Assembly (NCBI GenBank): GCA_039588275.1
Contig: JBDHAC010000042.1
Coordinates: forward strand, 1-29,674
Source of the DNA: Gemmatimonadota bacterium
GTDB taxonomy: Bacteria > Gemmatimonadota > Gemmatimonadetes > Palauibacterales > Palauibacteraceae
Length of the DNA: 29,674 bases
Direction: 5' to 3'
Position numbers and translations under genes: made by a program
Notes under the pieces: model-generated
The model's input: only the letters and a program-made list of their open reading frames with translations
The model's database searches: none
What the model was told of the DNA's origin: nothing
Shown: piece after piece, positions 29,322 through 29,674 of the stretch
Numbering within the stretch: position 1 is the first letter of the stretch
How the letters are laid out: every line of letters starts with the position of its first letter

Positions 29322-29674
29322 GGTGCTTCTGCCCTGCTGAGCGCGGTCGCCACGGGCTGGGCCACGGCCGGTTGTCCCGCGCGGGTTCGCCGGCGCGCGT
29401 GGATTCGCTCGCGTGCCGCCTCGAACGAGGTCCACACCACGGGTACGAGGAACAGTGTCAGCAGCGTCGAGAAGATGAGCCCCCCGACCACCGCGTAGCC
29501 CAATGGCCGCCGGCTGGCCGCCCCGGCCCCGAGACCGAGCGCGATCGGCGTTGCACCTGTGATCGTCGCTACGGCCGTCATCAGGATCGGGCGCAGCCGG
29601 ATCCGCCCCGCCTCGATCATCGCCTCGAGGAACTGCATGCCCCTCGCGCGTAGCTGGTTCGCGTACTCGACGAG
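29318..29674 (-). CDS. RND efflux permease (AcrB family), C-terminal fragment; 5' part lies beyond the right edge
   Basis: LVEYANQLRARG...AGRIRLRPILMT...PLGYAVVGGLIFSTLLTLFLVPVV. Confidence 0.93.
   Translation of the reverse strand, partial: LVEYANQLRARGMQFLEAMIEAGRIRLRPILMTAVATITGATPIALGLGAGAASRRPLGYAVVGGLIFSTLLTLFLVPVVWTSFEAARERIHARRRTRAGQPAVAQPVATALSRAEAP

Overview
A GC-rich bacterial chromosomal segment with about 26 densely packed protein genes. I found no rRNA, tRNA, CRISPR array or mobile element. The gene content resembles Gemmatimonadota (inference only): a TonB receptor with a carboxypeptidase-regulatory-like domain, many lipoproteins, a beta-propeller protein, YpdA, DUF4342 and DUF4139. 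Left to right: partial TonB-dependent receptor, small lipoprotein, M28 peptidase, uncharacterised CxxCH lipoprotein, outer-membrane beta-barrel, NTT/TLC-HEAT protein, membrane Ser/Thr kinase, ypdA, fabH, SAM methyltransferase, DUF4139, Cys/Met PLP enzyme, SRPBCC, ArsR, DUF4342, haloalkane dehalogenase with a lipoprotein signal, TPR lipoprotein, SDR, small membrane protein, propeller protein, cation-chloride cotransporter, cupin, NTF2-like protein, and an RND permease (partial), TolC and adaptor. The most notable non-coding signals are a ~180-nt rod-like inverted-repeat structure (about 11071-11249), two tandem palindromic operators overlapping sigma70-type promoters (6772-6812 and 18234-18282), and a near-consensus minus-strand promoter (26190-26217) pointing antisense through the cupin gene toward the cotransporter. 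All calls come from reading motifs by eye; no database searches were run.
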